From an uncultured Actinomycetes bacterium (GTDB lineage Bacteria > Actinomycetota > Thermoleophilia > Gaiellales > Gaiellaceae): 64,000 nt of DNA. The position numbers and the translations under genes were made by a program. The notes beneath the pieces were generated by a model. It was not told the origin of the DNA and ran no database searches. It saw nothing but the letters and a program-made list of their open reading frames with translations. Each line of letters begins with the position of its first letter. Position 1 is the stretch's first letter. Shown piece after piece: positions 1-12,684 of this stretch. The stretch spans positions 4,865 through 68,864 of the forward strand of contig CAVOUB010000004.1 of the NCBI GenBank assembly GCA_963699495.1. The letters run 5' to 3'.

Positions 1-2
1 CC

Positions 3-167
3 ATCATCGCCATCCTGCGGGAGCCCGAGCCCGTGGCCGGCGCCCAGCCGAGCGACGTGATCCAGCAGGGAGACACGCTCGTCACCGTGGGCAAGCTCGG
101 CCAGTACCCCGCCTTCCGCAGGCTCCTCGCCGAGGGCCCGTTCGACGAGCCTGCGACCGGCGAGTAG
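3..167 (+). CDS. 3' end of a gene cut by the window edge; RCK_C/TrkA-C-like C-terminus
   Basis: Open frame from the window edge to TAG at 165-167: IIAILREPEPVAGAQPSDVIQQGDTLVTVGKLGQYPAFRRLL... The GDxLxVxG pattern is typical of TrkA-C ends. No start lies in the window. Confidence 0.4.
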   Translation: MIAILREPEPVAGAQPSDVIQQGDTLVTVGKLGQYPAFRRLLAEGPFDEPATGE

Positions 168-559
168 CTACCTCGCGACGGACTCGATGGCGATGATGTT
201 CCCGTCGGGTCCTTGCACCACGCCGCCCTGACGTCGCCGACCGCGGCGATCCCGCCCTCCGTCTTGAGGTCGGGCAGGTCGTACTCCTCGAAGGACACGC
301 CCCTCTCGCGCAGGGCCGAGACCACCGTCTGGATGTCGTCGACGCGGAAGCCCGCGACCGTGTGTCTGCTCTCCCCCGCGCCCTTGCTCTCGTAGACGAG
401 GAGCGTCCCGTCCCCCGCCTCGAACTCGGCCTCGCGGTTTTCGGGCAGATCGTCGCGCCGCTCCCTCAGGCGAAGCCCGAGCGTGTCTCCGTAGAACCTG
501 ATCGCGGCCTCGACGTCCGAGACCGGGACGATCGCCGCGATGTGCGCTTGCGCCAGCAT
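168..559 (-). pseudogene. VOC/glyoxalase-family protein with a 1-nt frame disruption near the C-terminus (or an assembly error)
   Basis: ATG at 559 is preceded by GAGGAGG. Translation reads MLAQAHIAAIVPVSDVEAAIRFYGDTLGLRL...VRAAWCKDP. The expected ending DGNIIAIESVAR* (TAG 170-168) is reached only after a -1 shift at about 205-207. The original frame runs off the window, which is why the ORF is absent from the track. Confidence 0.6.
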
Positions 560-586
560 GGTTGCCTCCTCGGCTTCGTCGTTTCC

Positions 587-2125
587 CTACATCCGCTCCG
601 GCGCCTCGACCCCGATGAGGTCGAGGCTGCGCGCGATCACGGCCTTCGCCGCCGTGACCAGCGCGAGCCGGAATGCCTCCGCCTCGCCCTCCAGCACCCG
701 GTGAAGGTGATAGAAGCGGTGGAAGTCGTCCGCGAGGCGGATCGCGTACGTGGGCAGGGCCTGCGGGCTGCGGCGCTCCGCTGCCTCGGCGACGATCGCG
801 GGAAACTCGGCGAGGCGCTTGACGAGATCGCGCTCCTCCGACGCCGGCCTGGCGGTCAGCTCCGGGTCGGCCTCGGCCGCGCCCGCGTTCCGCAGGATCC
901 CCGCAATGCGCGCGTGGGCGTACTGCACGTAGAAGACCGGGTTCTTCTCGCTCTTCTCCCGGGCGAGGTCGACGTCGATCGTGATCGCCTGATCGGGGCC
1001 GCGCGCGGCCAGGTACCAGCGGGCCGCGTCCACGCCCACCTCGTCCATGAACTCGTCGAGGGTGACGACGTCGCCGCGCCGCTTCGACATCTTCACGACA
1101 TCCCCGGCCCGCGTGAGGTGGACGAGCTGGTAGAGGATCACCTCGATGCGGTCGGGGTCGTAGCCGAGCATCTGCGCGATCACCCCGTACCAGCCGCGCA
1201 CGCCGTGGTGGTCGGCGCCGAGGACGTAGATCGCCCGGTCGAAGCCTCGCTCGAGCTTGTCGCGCAGGTAGGCGATGTCGGCGGCCTCGTAGGTGGGCAG
1301 GCCCCCGCGCTCCGCCGAGCGGATGAGGACGCGGTCCTTCTCGTCGCCGTAGGCCGACGAGCGCACCCAGAGGGCACCGTCGCTCACGTAGGTGTCGAGA
1401 CCTTCGAGCAGCGCGGGGAGGTGGGCCTCGATCTCACTCTGGCGCGCCCACGAGTCGAAGTGGATGCGGAAGCGCTCGAGGCTCGCCTCGATCTCCCTGA
1501 GCATGTTGGGGACCGGGTCTCCCTCGAGCGTCGCGAGCTCCTCGATGTACTCGCCTGCGTAGCCCTCCTCGGGGGGCGGGTCGCCCTTGCGCGCCGCCTC
1601 GACGGACTCCCGGAAGCGCTCCATCTGGGTGCCCGCGTCGTTGTAGTAGTACTCGCGCTCCACCTGGTGCCCTGCGAAGGTCAGGAGCCGCGCGACGGAG
1701 TCCCCGTAGGCGCCGTTCCGGGCGGCCGCCACCGTGATGGGGCCCGTCGGGTTCGCCGAGACCATCTCCACCTGGACGCGTTCGGGGGTCTCGGCCGAGC
1801 CGGCGCCGTAGTCCTGCCCTGCGGCGACCATCTCGCCGAGAGCCTCGCCGAACCACGAAGGCGAGAGCCAGAGGTTGAGGAAGCCGGGCGGCGCCGTCTG
1901 CGCGCGCTCGACGCCCGGGATGGCGGCCGCCGCCTCGGCGAGCGAGGCGGCGATCTCGAGCGGCGCGCGCTTCTGCGTTCCCGCCAGCCTGAGCGCGACG
2001 TTGGTCGCGTAGTCGCCGTGCTCGGCCTTCCCGGGGCGCTCGAGGGTGACCGGCACGCCGGCGACGCGCGAGAGCTCCTCCTCGAGACGGCCGAGCGCGG
2101 TCGCCGCCGTGTTGCTCACCTCCAT
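587..2125 (-). CDS. argS: arginine--tRNA ligase
   Basis: 512-aa ORF. N-terminal add-on domain, class I motif region (VSANPTGPITVAAARNG) and KMSKRRG (KMSK) motif. Confidence 0.95.
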   Translation of the reverse strand: MEVSNTAATALGRLEEELSRVAGVPVTLERPGKAEHGDYATNVALRLAGTQKRAPLEIAASLAEAAAAIPGVERAQTAPPGFLNLWLSPSWFGEALGEMVAAGQDYGAGSAETPERVQVEMVSANPTGPITVAAARNGAYGDSVARLLTFAGHQVEREYYYNDAGTQMERFRESVEAARKGDPPPEEGYAGEYIEELATLEGDPVPNMLREIEASLERFRIHFDSWARQSEIEAHLPALLEGLDTYVSDGALWVRSSAYGDEKDRVLIRSAERGGLPTYEAADIAYLRDKLERGFDRAIYVLGADHHGVRGWYGVIAQMLGYDPDRIEVILYQLVHLTRAGDVVKMSKRRGDVVTLDEFMDEVGVDAARWYLAARGPDQAITIDVDLAREKSEKNPVFYVQYAHARIAGILRNAGAAEADPELTARPASEERDLVKRLAEFPAIVAEAAERRSPQALPTYAIRLADDFHRFYHLHRVLEGEAEAFRLALVTAAKAVIARSLDLIGVEAPERM

Positions 2126-2145
2126 GCCCTATATCGTAGGGAGCC

Positions 2146-2442
2146 GTGGAGGACGAGCCCCGAGAGCGGCAGCTCAACATCCATCTCGACCCGGAGAATC
2201 TCGCCGGCGTCTACGCGAACTTCGCCAACGTCAGCTTCTCCGACTACGAGTTCACGATCACCTTCGCCCGCGTCGACCACGAGGTCGAGGAGGGCGACGT
2301 CCCCGGCGTCGTCGTCAGCCGCGTGAACATGTCGGCCCGCTTCATGCGCGAGCTGCTGGACGCGATGACGGATTCCTGGTCGAAGTGGTCGACCCGCGAG
2401 GGGATCAGGAACCTCCCCGAGCAGGAGCAGAGCGAGTCCTAG
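2146..2442 (+). CDS. DUF3467-family small protein
   Basis: 98-aa ORF with the GVYANFANVSFSDYEFTITFARV pattern characteristic of DUF3467. Confidence 0.75.
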   Translation: MEDEPRERQLNIHLDPENLAGVYANFANVSFSDYEFTITFARVDHEVEEGDVPGVVVSRVNMSARFMRELLDAMTDSWSKWSTREGIRNLPEQEQSES

Positions 2443-3689
2443 CGTTCGGACTCGGCCATCGCGATGCGCTTCATGGGCGTCGGGTGGGTCCCGTACCAGA
2501 AGGTCACCCACCCGGGTGGGTCGGGGTCGGCCAGGCCCGTCGTGACGAAGCCCTGCTCGAGGGCGATACCGCTCTCAGGGTCGCGCGTCGCCTGGAGAGC
2601 GAGCCAGTCCGCCTCGGCCTCGTAGCGCCGGGAGACCGCGTTCGCGAGCGGCTGCGTGACGAGCACGTAGGCGAAGGCGAACGCGAGGCCGAGCGGCACG
2701 AGGCGCGGGCCGAGGCCGCCGCGGCGGTTGGTCACCCAGGCGAGGCCGAACACGCCCGGGACGGCGAAGAGCGCGAACCAGGCCAGCCCCTTCCAGAGGT
2801 GGCGGCGCTCGACGTGGCCCAGCTCGTGCGCGGCGACGAAGCGGATCTCGCCGTCGGTGAAGCGCCCGTCGAGCAGCGTGTCGTAGAGGACGACGCGCCG
2901 GGTCGGGCCGATCCCGGCGATGTAGGCGTTGGCCGTCGTCGTGCGACGGCTCGCGTCGGCCACGAGCACGTCGTCGACGTCGACGCCCATGTCCGCCGCG
3001 ATCTCCTCGATCTGCGCCGCGAGCTCCCGGTCGGGCAGCGGCTCGAAGCGGTTGAAGAGCGGCTGGACGACAAGCGGCTGGGCCACGATGAACAGCACGG
3101 CGACCGCAACGAGGGCGGGCGCGCCGACGAGCCACCAGCGCGGGCCGAACCGCCCGGCGAGCCACACCGCCCCGGCGACGGCGATCGAGACGAGCACGGC
3201 CCGGACCCCGAGTGACGTCAGCTGGTCGACGAGCCAACCGCCCCACGGTTGCTCCGAGAGCCCGAAGTCGCGGCGGCGGACGAGGGTGACGGCTGCGAAC
3301 GGCAGCCCTGCAAGCCAGACCCCGACCACGACCACGAGCCCGACGAGCACCGAGGTGCGCACGCGCCCCCTCCCGACCCGCTCCAGCCTCGCCGCCAGAG
3401 GGCCGGCCTTCCACACGAAGAGCGCCAGGACGGCGATCTCGACGACCAGCGAGGCGAGGAAGAGCGGCCGTGAGACGCCGCGGTAGTCGTCGATCCGCTT
3501 CAGCTCGGCGGGGCTGAAGTAGTCCCGCGGATCGAGGTCCGGGAGGCTGAGGTCGGGCACCTCGGTCTGCCAGAGGAGCACGGCTGCGCCGGCCCACAGC
3601 GCGGCGAGCGCGACGACGGCGATGCCCTTCGCTAACGTCCGCCTGCTGTGCGCGTCGCCGTCGTGTCCGACATCCACGGGAACCTCCAT
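2439..3689 (-). CDS. M48-family (Ste24/HtpX-like) zinc metalloprotease, membrane-bound
   Basis: HEXXH motif (AAHELGHVERRH), several N-terminal TM helices and a C-terminal THPTPMKRI motif. The track ORF extends to 3992, which is implausible. ATG 3689 is chosen, although it overlaps the divergent gene by 42 nt, so the start is uncertain. Confidence 0.8.
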   Translation of the reverse strand: MEVPVDVGHDGDAHSRRTLAKGIAVVALAALWAGAAVLLWQTEVPDLSLPDLDPRDYFSPAELKRIDDYRGVSRPLFLASLVVEIAVLALFVWKAGPLAARLERVGRGRVRTSVLVGLVVVVGVWLAGLPFAAVTLVRRRDFGLSEQPWGGWLVDQLTSLGVRAVLVSIAVAGAVWLAGRFGPRWWLVGAPALVAVAVLFIVAQPLVVQPLFNRFEPLPDRELAAQIEEIAADMGVDVDDVLVADASRRTTTANAYIAGIGPTRRVVLYDTLLDGRFTDGEIRFVAAHELGHVERRHLWKGLAWFALFAVPGVFGLAWVTNRRGGLGPRLVPLGLAFAFAYVLVTQPLANAVSRRYEAEADWLALQATRDPESGIALEQGFVTTGLADPDPPGWVTFWYGTHPTPMKRIAMAESER

Positions 3690-4370
3690 GCCCTCGAGGC
3701 GGTGCTCGAGTCGATCGACCAGGATCCGCCCGACGAGATCTGGTGCCTGGGCGACCTCGTCGGCTACGGCCCGCGCCCGAACCGCTGCTGCGCCATCGTG
3801 GCTGAGCGGGCAGACGTGTGCCTGATAGGAAACCACGACCTCGCGGTGCTCGGCCGCCTCGACCTCGAGATCTTCGCGCCGGACGCGGCCATCAGCGCCG
3901 CGTGGACGGCGGAGATCCTGGAGCCCGAGGCGCGCGCCTTCCTCGAGGCCGGCGAGCCGAAGGGCGAGCGCGAGGGTGTCGGCCTCTTCCACGCAAGCCC
4001 GCGCGATCCGGTCTGGGAGTACGTCCTCTCGCCCGGGGTCGCCTATGCCTCACTGGCGGAGACGGCCCAGGACCTGGTGCTCGTCGGCCACAGCCACGTC
4101 GCGCTCAGGTTCCGCCTGTCCGAGTCGACGCTCGCGACCGCGGCCGAAGGCACCGAGCTCGAGCTCGCAGGGGACCGCTGGCTCCTCAACCCCGGCTCGG
4201 TGGGCCAGCCGCGCGACGGCGACCCGAAGGCGGCGTGGCTCGACCTCGACCTCGAGGCGAAGCGGGCCACGTTTCGCCGGGTCGAGTACGACGTCGCGAA
4301 GACGCAGGCGGAGCTCCGCGAGCGCGGGCTGCCGGAGGCGCTGGCCGCCCGGCTGGAGCACGGCGTCTAG
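3648..4370 (+). CDS. metallophosphoesterase (calcineurin-like, YfcE/PrpE-like)
   Basis: MRVAVVSDIHGN...GDLVGYGP...GNHD...GHSH motif series. Confidence 0.85.
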   Translation: MRVAVVSDIHGNLHALEAVLESIDQDPPDEIWCLGDLVGYGPRPNRCCAIVAERADVCLIGNHDLAVLGRLDLEIFAPDAAISAAWTAEILEPEARAFLEAGEPKGEREGVGLFHASPRDPVWEYVLSPGVAYASLAETAQDLVLVGHSHVALRFRLSESTLATAAEGTELELAGDRWLLNPGSVGQPRDGDPKAAWLDLDLEAKRATFRRVEYDVAKTQAELRERGLPEALAARLEHGV

Positions 4371-4379
4371 GGAGGCTGG

Positions 4380-4964
4380 CTACTTCCCGTGCGCGACGGG
4401 CTGGCGCGAGACCTCGACCTCGATGCCCTCGCGCTCGAGCGCGAGCTGCACCTCTTCGCGCGCCTTGAAGATCCGCCACTTGACCGTGGCCAGCGTGATC
4501 TCGAGGGAATCGGCGATCTCGGTATAGGAGAGGCCGACGACGTCCCGGAGGAGGAGGGCCATCTTCAGGTCGGGGTTGAGGCGCCCGACCGCGCGCCAGA
4601 CGGCGTCGATCACCTCGGTGCGCTCGGGCGGCGTGTCGACGACCTCGAGCGGGGGCAGGTCGTCGAGCGTGACGACCGCCTGCGGCTTGCGCTCGCGGGC
4701 GCGAAGCTCGTCGAGGACGCGGTTCTTCGCGATCTGGAAGAGCCAGGTGGTGAAGCGGCAACGGAGCGAGAAGCCCGGCAGGCCCTGGTAGATGCGGAGG
4801 AAGATCTCCTGCGTCAGATCCTCGGCCAGCGACCGGTCCCCGACCATCCTGAGGACGTAGTTGAAGACCGGCCCCTCGTACATCTCGAGGATGACCTGGA
4901 AGGCGCGTTCGTCCCCCTTTTGCGCTCGCCGAAGGAGGAGATGATCGGGTTGAGGAAGAGGCAC
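4380..4964 (-). CDS. ECF-type RNA polymerase sigma-70 family factor
   Basis: Region 2 (FNYVLRMVGDRSLAEDLTQEIFLRIYQ) and region 4 HTH (SYTEIADSLEITLATVKWRIFKAR). GTG 4964 is chosen to avoid overlap with gpmI; the track ORF starts at 5078. Confidence 0.85.
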   Translation of the reverse strand: MPLPQPDHLLLRRAQKGDERAFQVILEMYEGPVFNYVLRMVGDRSLAEDLTQEIFLRIYQGLPGFSLRCRFTTWLFQIAKNRVLDELRARERKPQAVVTLDDLPPLEVVDTPPERTEVIDAVWRAVGRLNPDLKMALLLRDVVGLSYTEIADSLEITLATVKWRIFKAREEVQLALEREGIEVEVSRQPVAHGK

Positions 4965-5008
4965 GCTTGTGGCCCTGGCCGCGGGGTTAGCGGAGTATAG
5001 CTCCGGGG

Positions 5009-6496
5009 TTAGGCCGAGCGAACCAGGTTCCTGCCGGTCATCCCCGGCGCTGGAGGAAGTCCCAGAAGCCACAGACACGTGGGTACTAGATCGGCAAGGG
5101 CCCCACCCTCCTCAAGCTCCGCACCCGGAAGGGTGACGAGCAGAGGGACGGGGTTCGTCGTGTGGGCGGTGTGCGGGCTGATTCCGTCGGCCTCGAGCTG
5201 CTGCTCGGCGTTGCCGTGGTCGGCGGTGACGAGGCAGACGCCGCCGAGGGCTTCGACGGCGGCGACGGTCTCCGCGAGCGCCGCGTCGGTCGCCTCCACC
5301 GCCTTCACGACCGCGGGGATCACCCCGGTGTGCCCGACCATGTCCGGGTTGGCGAAGTTGACGATGGCGAAGCCGTAGCCGTTTGGAAGCTCGGCGGCGA
5401 AGCGCGCGGCCAGCTCGGCGGCGGACATCTCCGGCTTCTGGTCGTAGGTGGCGACGTCGCGCGGAGACGGCACGAGGATGCGGGTCTCCCCCGGCCATTC
5501 CCGCTCGCGGCCGCCGTTGAAGAAGTAGGTCACGTGTGCGTACTTCTCCGTCTCGGCCGCGTGGAGCTGGCGCACGCCGTGCTCGGCGAGCACCTCGGCG
5601 ATCGTCCCGTCGACGACCTGCTCCTCGAGGACCACCGGGCAGTCGAAGTCGTCCCGGTAGCGGGTCATGGTCGTCAGGTCGATTCCTCCCTCGAGCAGCC
5701 GCTGCGAAAGCTGGCGAGCGCGGTCCGGCCGGAAGTTGAAGTGGATCGCGGCGTCCCGCGTCGTGAGCCGCGGCTCCGGGAGCACGATCGGCTCGACGAA
5801 CTCGTCCGTGACCCCGCGCGCGTAGGAGGCCTCGAGCGCCGCAACCGGATCGGCGGCCTGCACTCCCTCTCCCCCGAGGATCGCTCCCAGCGCCAGCTCC
5901 GTGCGCTCCCAGCGCTGGTCGCGGTCCATCGCGTAGTAGCGGCCGACGACGGTCGCGACCTGCACTCCCTCCTCGACGAGCTCGGCGAGGTCGCCCCGCC
6001 CCGAGGTCGGCGACACGTCGCGTCCGTCCGTGAAGGCGTGGACATAGGTGCGTTCGGCCATCCCCTCCCGCTGCGCGAGCTCGCGCAGCGCCCGCAGGTG
6101 GTCGATGTGCGAGTGGACGCCGCCGTAGGAGACGAGACCGAGCAGGTGGACGTTCCCACCGCGCTCCTTCGCCCGCCGGAAGGCGCCCGTCAGCGCCGGG
6201 CTCTCGAACAGATCTCCGGACTCGATCTCACGGTTGACGCGCATGAGGTCCTGGAAGATCACCCGGCCCGAGCCGATCGTCAGGTGGCCGACCTCCGAAT
6301 TGCCCATCTGGCCCGGCGGCAGGCCGACGTCCTCGCCCGAGGCGCCCAGGGTCGTGTGCGGATAGCGCTCCCTGAGGGCGTCGAAGACCGGCGTCTCGGC
6401 CAGCTCGACGGCGTTTCCCGGGCCCGGCGGGGCGCATCCCCAGCCGTCGAGGACGACGAGCGTTACGAGCGGGAAAGGCGGGCGGCCGTCTGGCAA
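5009..6496 (-). CDS. gpmI: 2,3-bisphosphoglycerate-independent phosphoglycerate mutase
   Basis: LVVLDGWG...MGNSEVGHLTIGSGR...ADHGNAE motifs. A TTG start at 6496 is inferred; the track ORF upstream is an R/P-rich extension overlapping tpiA. Confidence 0.9.
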   Translation of the reverse strand: MPDGRPPFPLVTLVVLDGWGCAPPGPGNAVELAETPVFDALRERYPHTTLGASGEDVGLPPGQMGNSEVGHLTIGSGRVIFQDLMRVNREIESGDLFESPALTGAFRRAKERGGNVHLLGLVSYGGVHSHIDHLRALRELAQREGMAERTYVHAFTDGRDVSPTSGRGDLAELVEEGVQVATVVGRYYAMDRDQRWERTELALGAILGGEGVQAADPVAALEASYARGVTDEFVEPIVLPEPRLTTRDAAIHFNFRPDRARQLSQRLLEGGIDLTTMTRYRDDFDCPVVLEEQVVDGTIAEVLAEHGVRQLHAAETEKYAHVTYFFNGGREREWPGETRILVPSPRDVATYDQKPEMSAAELAARFAAELPNGYGFAIVNFANPDMVGHTGVIPAVVKAVEATDAALAETVAAVEALGGVCLVTADHGNAEQQLEADGISPHTAHTTNPVPLLVTLPGAELEEGGALADLVPTCLWLLGLPPAPGMTGRNLVRSA

Positions 6497-7194
6497 ATCG
6501 CGGTGAAGGAGTCGACCTGGAGCGAGGCGCCGCCGACGAGCGCGCCGTCGACGTCGTCCTGCGAGAGAAGGTCGGCGGCGTTGTCGGGCTTGACGGAGCC
6601 GCCGTAGAGGATGCGCTCGACCGGATACAGGCTGCGAATGAAGGCGTGGGCCTCCTGAGCCGTCTCCGGAGTGGCCGTCCGGCCGGTGCCGATCGCCCAC
6701 ACCGGCTCGTAGGCGACGTCGAGCCCGGCACCGGGGTCCGGGATCTCCGCCGAGATCGCCCCGACCTGGCGGCGGAGAACGGCTTCGGTCTCGCCGGCCT
6801 CCCGCTCCTCCAGCGTCTCGCCCACACAGGCGATGACCCCGAGCCCGGCCTCGAGGGCAGCACGCGCGCGCGCGGCCGCCGTCTCGTCGGTCTCGCAGAA
6901 GAGCTGGCGGCGCTCCGAGTGACCGACGATCGCGCCTACGACTCCCGAAGCGATCAGCATCGAACGCGAAACCTCCCCCGTGAAGGCGCCTTCCTCCTCC
7001 CAGTGGACGCTCTGGGCATAGACGCGGATCGGGCTCTCTTCGAGCTCGGCGACCGCAGCGTGGAGGGAGACGAACGGGGGCGCGACCACGACCTCGACGC
7101 CTCCGGTCTCGATCAGTTCCTCACGCAGCTCGGCGCAGAAGCTCGCCGTCTCGCCGGGCCCCTTGAACATCTTCCAGTTGCCGGCGATCAGCAT
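6463..7194 (-). CDS. tpiA: triose-phosphate isomerase
   Basis: MLIAGNWKM..., VGHSERR, AYEPVWAIGTG, YGGSV motifs. Confidence 0.95.
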   Translation of the reverse strand: MLIAGNWKMFKGPGETASFCAELREELIETGGVEVVVAPPFVSLHAAVAELEESPIRVYAQSVHWEEEGAFTGEVSRSMLIASGVVGAIVGHSERRQLFCETDETAAARARAALEAGLGVIACVGETLEEREAGETEAVLRRQVGAISAEIPDPGAGLDVAYEPVWAIGTGRTATPETAQEAHAFIRSLYPVERILYGGSVKPDNAADLLSQDDVDGALVGGASLQVDSFTAICQTAARLSRS

Positions 7195-7206
7195 CGACCC
7201 ACAGTC

Positions 7207-8286
7207 TCACGCTTCCGGGATGACGACGACGCCCGGGAGCTCCTTGCCCTCCAGCAGCTCCAGGGAGGCGCCCCCGCCGGTCGAGATCCAGTCGATCCTC
7301 TCCGCGAGGCCGAGCTCGTCCACCGCACGGACCGAGTCCCCACCGCCGACGACCGTGTGCGCGTCCGCTGCCGCGACTGCCTCGGCCACGACGTTCGTCC
7401 CCTCGGCGAAGCGCGGCCACTCGAAGACTCCCATCGGGCCGTTCCAGAAGACGGTCTTCGCCTGGCCGATCCTCGCGGCGAAACGCTCCCGGGTGGCCGG
7501 GCCGATGTCGAGCCCGAGCCAGCCTTCCGGCACCTCGTCCCAGCCCACGACCCGGGCTTCGGCATCCGGCTCGAAGGCCGCCGCCGCGACGACGTCATCC
7601 GGCAGCTCGTAACCGGACTCCCGTTCGACCTCCTCGGCCATCTTGCCGCCGATCAGGATCGTGTCGGCCCGCTGCGCGAGCGAGGTGAGGACGCCGATCT
7701 TGTCCGCCACCTTTGCCCCGCCGAGCACCGCGACGAACGGGTGCTCCGGGCTCTCGAGCAGCGATCCCAGCTCCTCGAGCTCCCGCAGGAGCAGGAGGCC
7801 GGCGTACGCGGGAAGCAGGTGCGCCACGCCCTCCGTCGAGGCATGCGCACGATGGGCCGAGCCGAACGCGTCGTTGACGAACAGGTCGCCGTGCGCCGCG
7901 AGCTCGCGCGCGTACCCCGGGTCGTTGGCGGTCTCGCGCGGGTCGAAGCGCGTGTTCTCGAGCACGCGGATCCGCTCGTCGGGAACGAGCTCGCGCAGCC
8001 TCTCCTCGACCGGCTGCATGGAGAAGGCCGGGTCGGGCCCCTTCGGGCGGCCGAGATGGGACATGAGCACGACCTCGACCGCTCCGCGGTCGAGGAGGAG
8101 CCGGATCGTCGGCAGCGCCGCCCGGATCCGCGTGTCGTCGGCGACCGCCCCGCCCTCGAGCGGGACGTTGAAGTCCACGCGGACGAGCACGCGCCTGCCG
8201 GCGACGTCGGCTTCTTCGACGGAACGGGGGAGGGCACTAGTGCTCCTCCCGGTATTGCTGCCTAGCTCCTGCGTCGCGAGCACCAA
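7207..8286 (-). CDS. pgk: phosphoglycerate kinase
   Basis: [52 protein letters not shown] motifs. The start is uncertain because a strong GGGAGGAG at about 8240 has no canonical in-frame start after it. Confidence 0.93.
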   Translation of the reverse strand: MVLATQELGSNTGRSTSALPRSVEEADVAGRRVLVRVDFNVPLEGGAVADDTRIRAALPTIRLLLDRGAVEVVLMSHLGRPKGPDPAFSMQPVEERLRELVPDERIRVLENTRFDPRETANDPGYARELAAHGDLFVNDAFGSAHRAHASTEGVAHLLPAYAGLLLLRELEELGSLLESPEHPFVAVLGGAKVADKIGVLTSLAQRADTILIGGKMAEEVERESGYELPDDVVAAAAFEPDAEARVVGWDEVPEGWLGLDIGPATRERFAARIGQAKTVFWNGPMGVFEWPRFAEGTNVVAEAVAAADAHTVVGGGDSVRAVDELGLAERIDWISTGGGASLELLEGKELPGVVVIPEA

Positions 8287-8400
8287 GCCAGGGTCTGCAC
8301 TCGTCCGAAGCCAAGGCTGGATGCCTTGGTGAGGGCGAGGGCGGGCTCTGGCGCCGCGTGATCGCGGGGCAGGGGCAGGCAGTCGATGCCGGGAGGAGCA

Positions 8401-9633
<1,233 letters not shown>

Positions 9634-10554
9634 TCAGAGCTCCGCCAGTCGCTGGATCCTGGCGAGCCGCCGGTGTGCAGCCGCCTTCGTCGCCGGGGGG
9701 GTGCAGCGCCTGGCGAGCTCGCGCAGCGACAGCGTCGGGTGCCGCACCCGCAGGCGGGCGATCTCGCGGAGCTCGGGCGCCAGCTCCTCCAGCCGGCCCT
9801 CCCGCTCCAGGCGGCGGATGGCGCGGAGCTGGAAGTCGGCGGCCCGGCTCGTGCGGACGATGTTGGCATGGTCGGCGTTGGCGAGGCGGTTGGCACGGGC
9901 CCTGGTGGAGGCGACGACAGCCTCCTCTCCGAGCCGCAGCGCCGCATCCTGAGCGCCCAGGAACGCCAGCAGGTCGCCGATCGCCTCGCTCCCCTTCGCA
10001 TAGGCGAGGGAATGCCGGCTGCGCTCGTGCACGGCGAGGTTGAAGCCTTCGGCCGCGGCCAGCTCGGACAGGAAGCGCGCCGAGTCGGCGTCGGCCGTCC
10101 GGAGCTCGAGATGAGCGTTGCGGGGGCCGCTGACCGAGCCGGCGGCGAGGAAGGCGCCGCGGAGATACGCGGCCCGACAACAGGGCCGGGCGACCACCCG
10201 GCGCGGGGGACGCTCGAGCGGGACGAGGTTCGTGTCGAGCACGCCCGCCTCGTTGAGGGCCTGGAGGGCGCGTGCGTCGTCCTCGAGGTGAAGCTGGTAA
10301 CGCGTCCCCTGCTCGAACGCCCGGCGCTTGTACGTCCTGATCTCGCAGGGGACGCCGTAGGAGCGAAGCAGCGAGAAGGCCCGGCGCGCGACCGGCCCGC
10401 TCGCCAGCTCCAGGTGGAGCGCGATGCGCCCCCCTCCGCGCAGATGGACGCTGCCCGCGCCGCGGACGAGCGCGGAGAGCTCGGCCAGCCGGCAGCAGGC
10501 CTTCCGCGGCTCGATCGCCGCAAGCTCCTGTCTGACATCCTCGGAGAGGGTCAG
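9634..10554 (-). CDS. whiA: DNA-binding sporulation/cell-division regulator WhiA
   Basis: LSEDVRQELAAI...KACCRLAELSALVRGAGSV N-terminal pattern, LAGLIDADG-like middle and C-terminal HTH. The family-typical N-terminus begins at an in-frame CTG (10554) that overlaps the ogt stop as CTGA. The track ORF extends to 10761 across ogt. Confidence 0.85.
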   Translation of the reverse strand: MTLSEDVRQELAAIEPRKACCRLAELSALVRGAGSVHLRGGGRIALHLELASGPVARRAFSLLRSYGVPCEIRTYKRRAFEQGTRYQLHLEDDARALQALNEAGVLDTNLVPLERPPRRVVARPCCRAAYLRGAFLAAGSVSGPRNAHLELRTADADSARFLSELAAAEGFNLAVHERSRHSLAYAKGSEAIGDLLAFLGAQDAALRLGEEAVVASTRARANRLANADHANIVRTSRAADFQLRAIRRLEREGRLEELAPELREIARLRVRHPTLSLRELARRCTPPATKAAAHRRLARIQRLAEL

Positions 10555-11021
10555 AGGTCGAGGCCCTCCAGCGCGAGCAGCCGGCGCTTGTACCCGGCGC
10601 CGAGCGAGCCGTAGCCGCCGAGGCCGCTCGAGGAGACGACGCGGTGGCACGGGATGACGAGCGGGAAGTTGTTCTCGGCGCAGAAGGTGCCCGCGGCGCG
10701 CGGAGCACCCGGCCGGCCGGCGAGCGCCGCGAGCTCGCCGTAGGTCACGACCTCGCCCCACGGGATTTCCCGCAGCGCCTCCGCCAGCGCCTGCTGGAAC
10801 GGAGTCCCCCAGTCCGCCTCGAGCTGCACGTCCTCGAAGGAGACCCGCTCGCCGCGGAAGTACGCTACGAGGCGCTCGGCGAGCGGATGCCCGCCGCGCT
10901 CCGCCGTCGAGGAGCCCGCGCGCGGGAGCTCGTGGTAGAGGAGCTTCCCCGCCCTGAAGTAGAGCTCGCCGACTCCCCAGGCCGGCACTTCGTACGCCAC
11001 CACGTCCATGCCCACGCCCAT
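10551..11021 (-). CDS. ogt: methylated-DNA--protein-cysteine methyltransferase
   Basis: Active-site motif IPCHRVV plus TYGELA and the C-terminal G.K..LL..EG pattern. Only the last 156 aa of the 464-aa track ORF look coding. ATG at 11021, alternatively 11009. Confidence 0.85.
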   Translation of the reverse strand: MGVGMDVVAYEVPAWGVGELYFRAGKLLYHELPRAGSSTAERGGHPLAERLVAYFRGERVSFEDVQLEADWGTPFQQALAEALREIPWGEVVTYGELAALAGRPGAPRAAGTFCAENNFPLVIPCHRVVSSSGLGGYGSLGAGYKRRLLALEGLDL

Positions 11022-11024
11022 AGA

Positions 11025-12674
<1,650 letters not shown>

Positions 12675-12684
12675 GCCGGAGCCC

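Noticed and set aside
362-2326. 654-aa plus-strand ORF covering the whole argS locus
   Set aside because: It is antisense to a clearly recognisable argS. Its R/A/G/P/D-dominated low-complexity composition is typical of shadow ORFs in high-GC DNA, and it has no motif.
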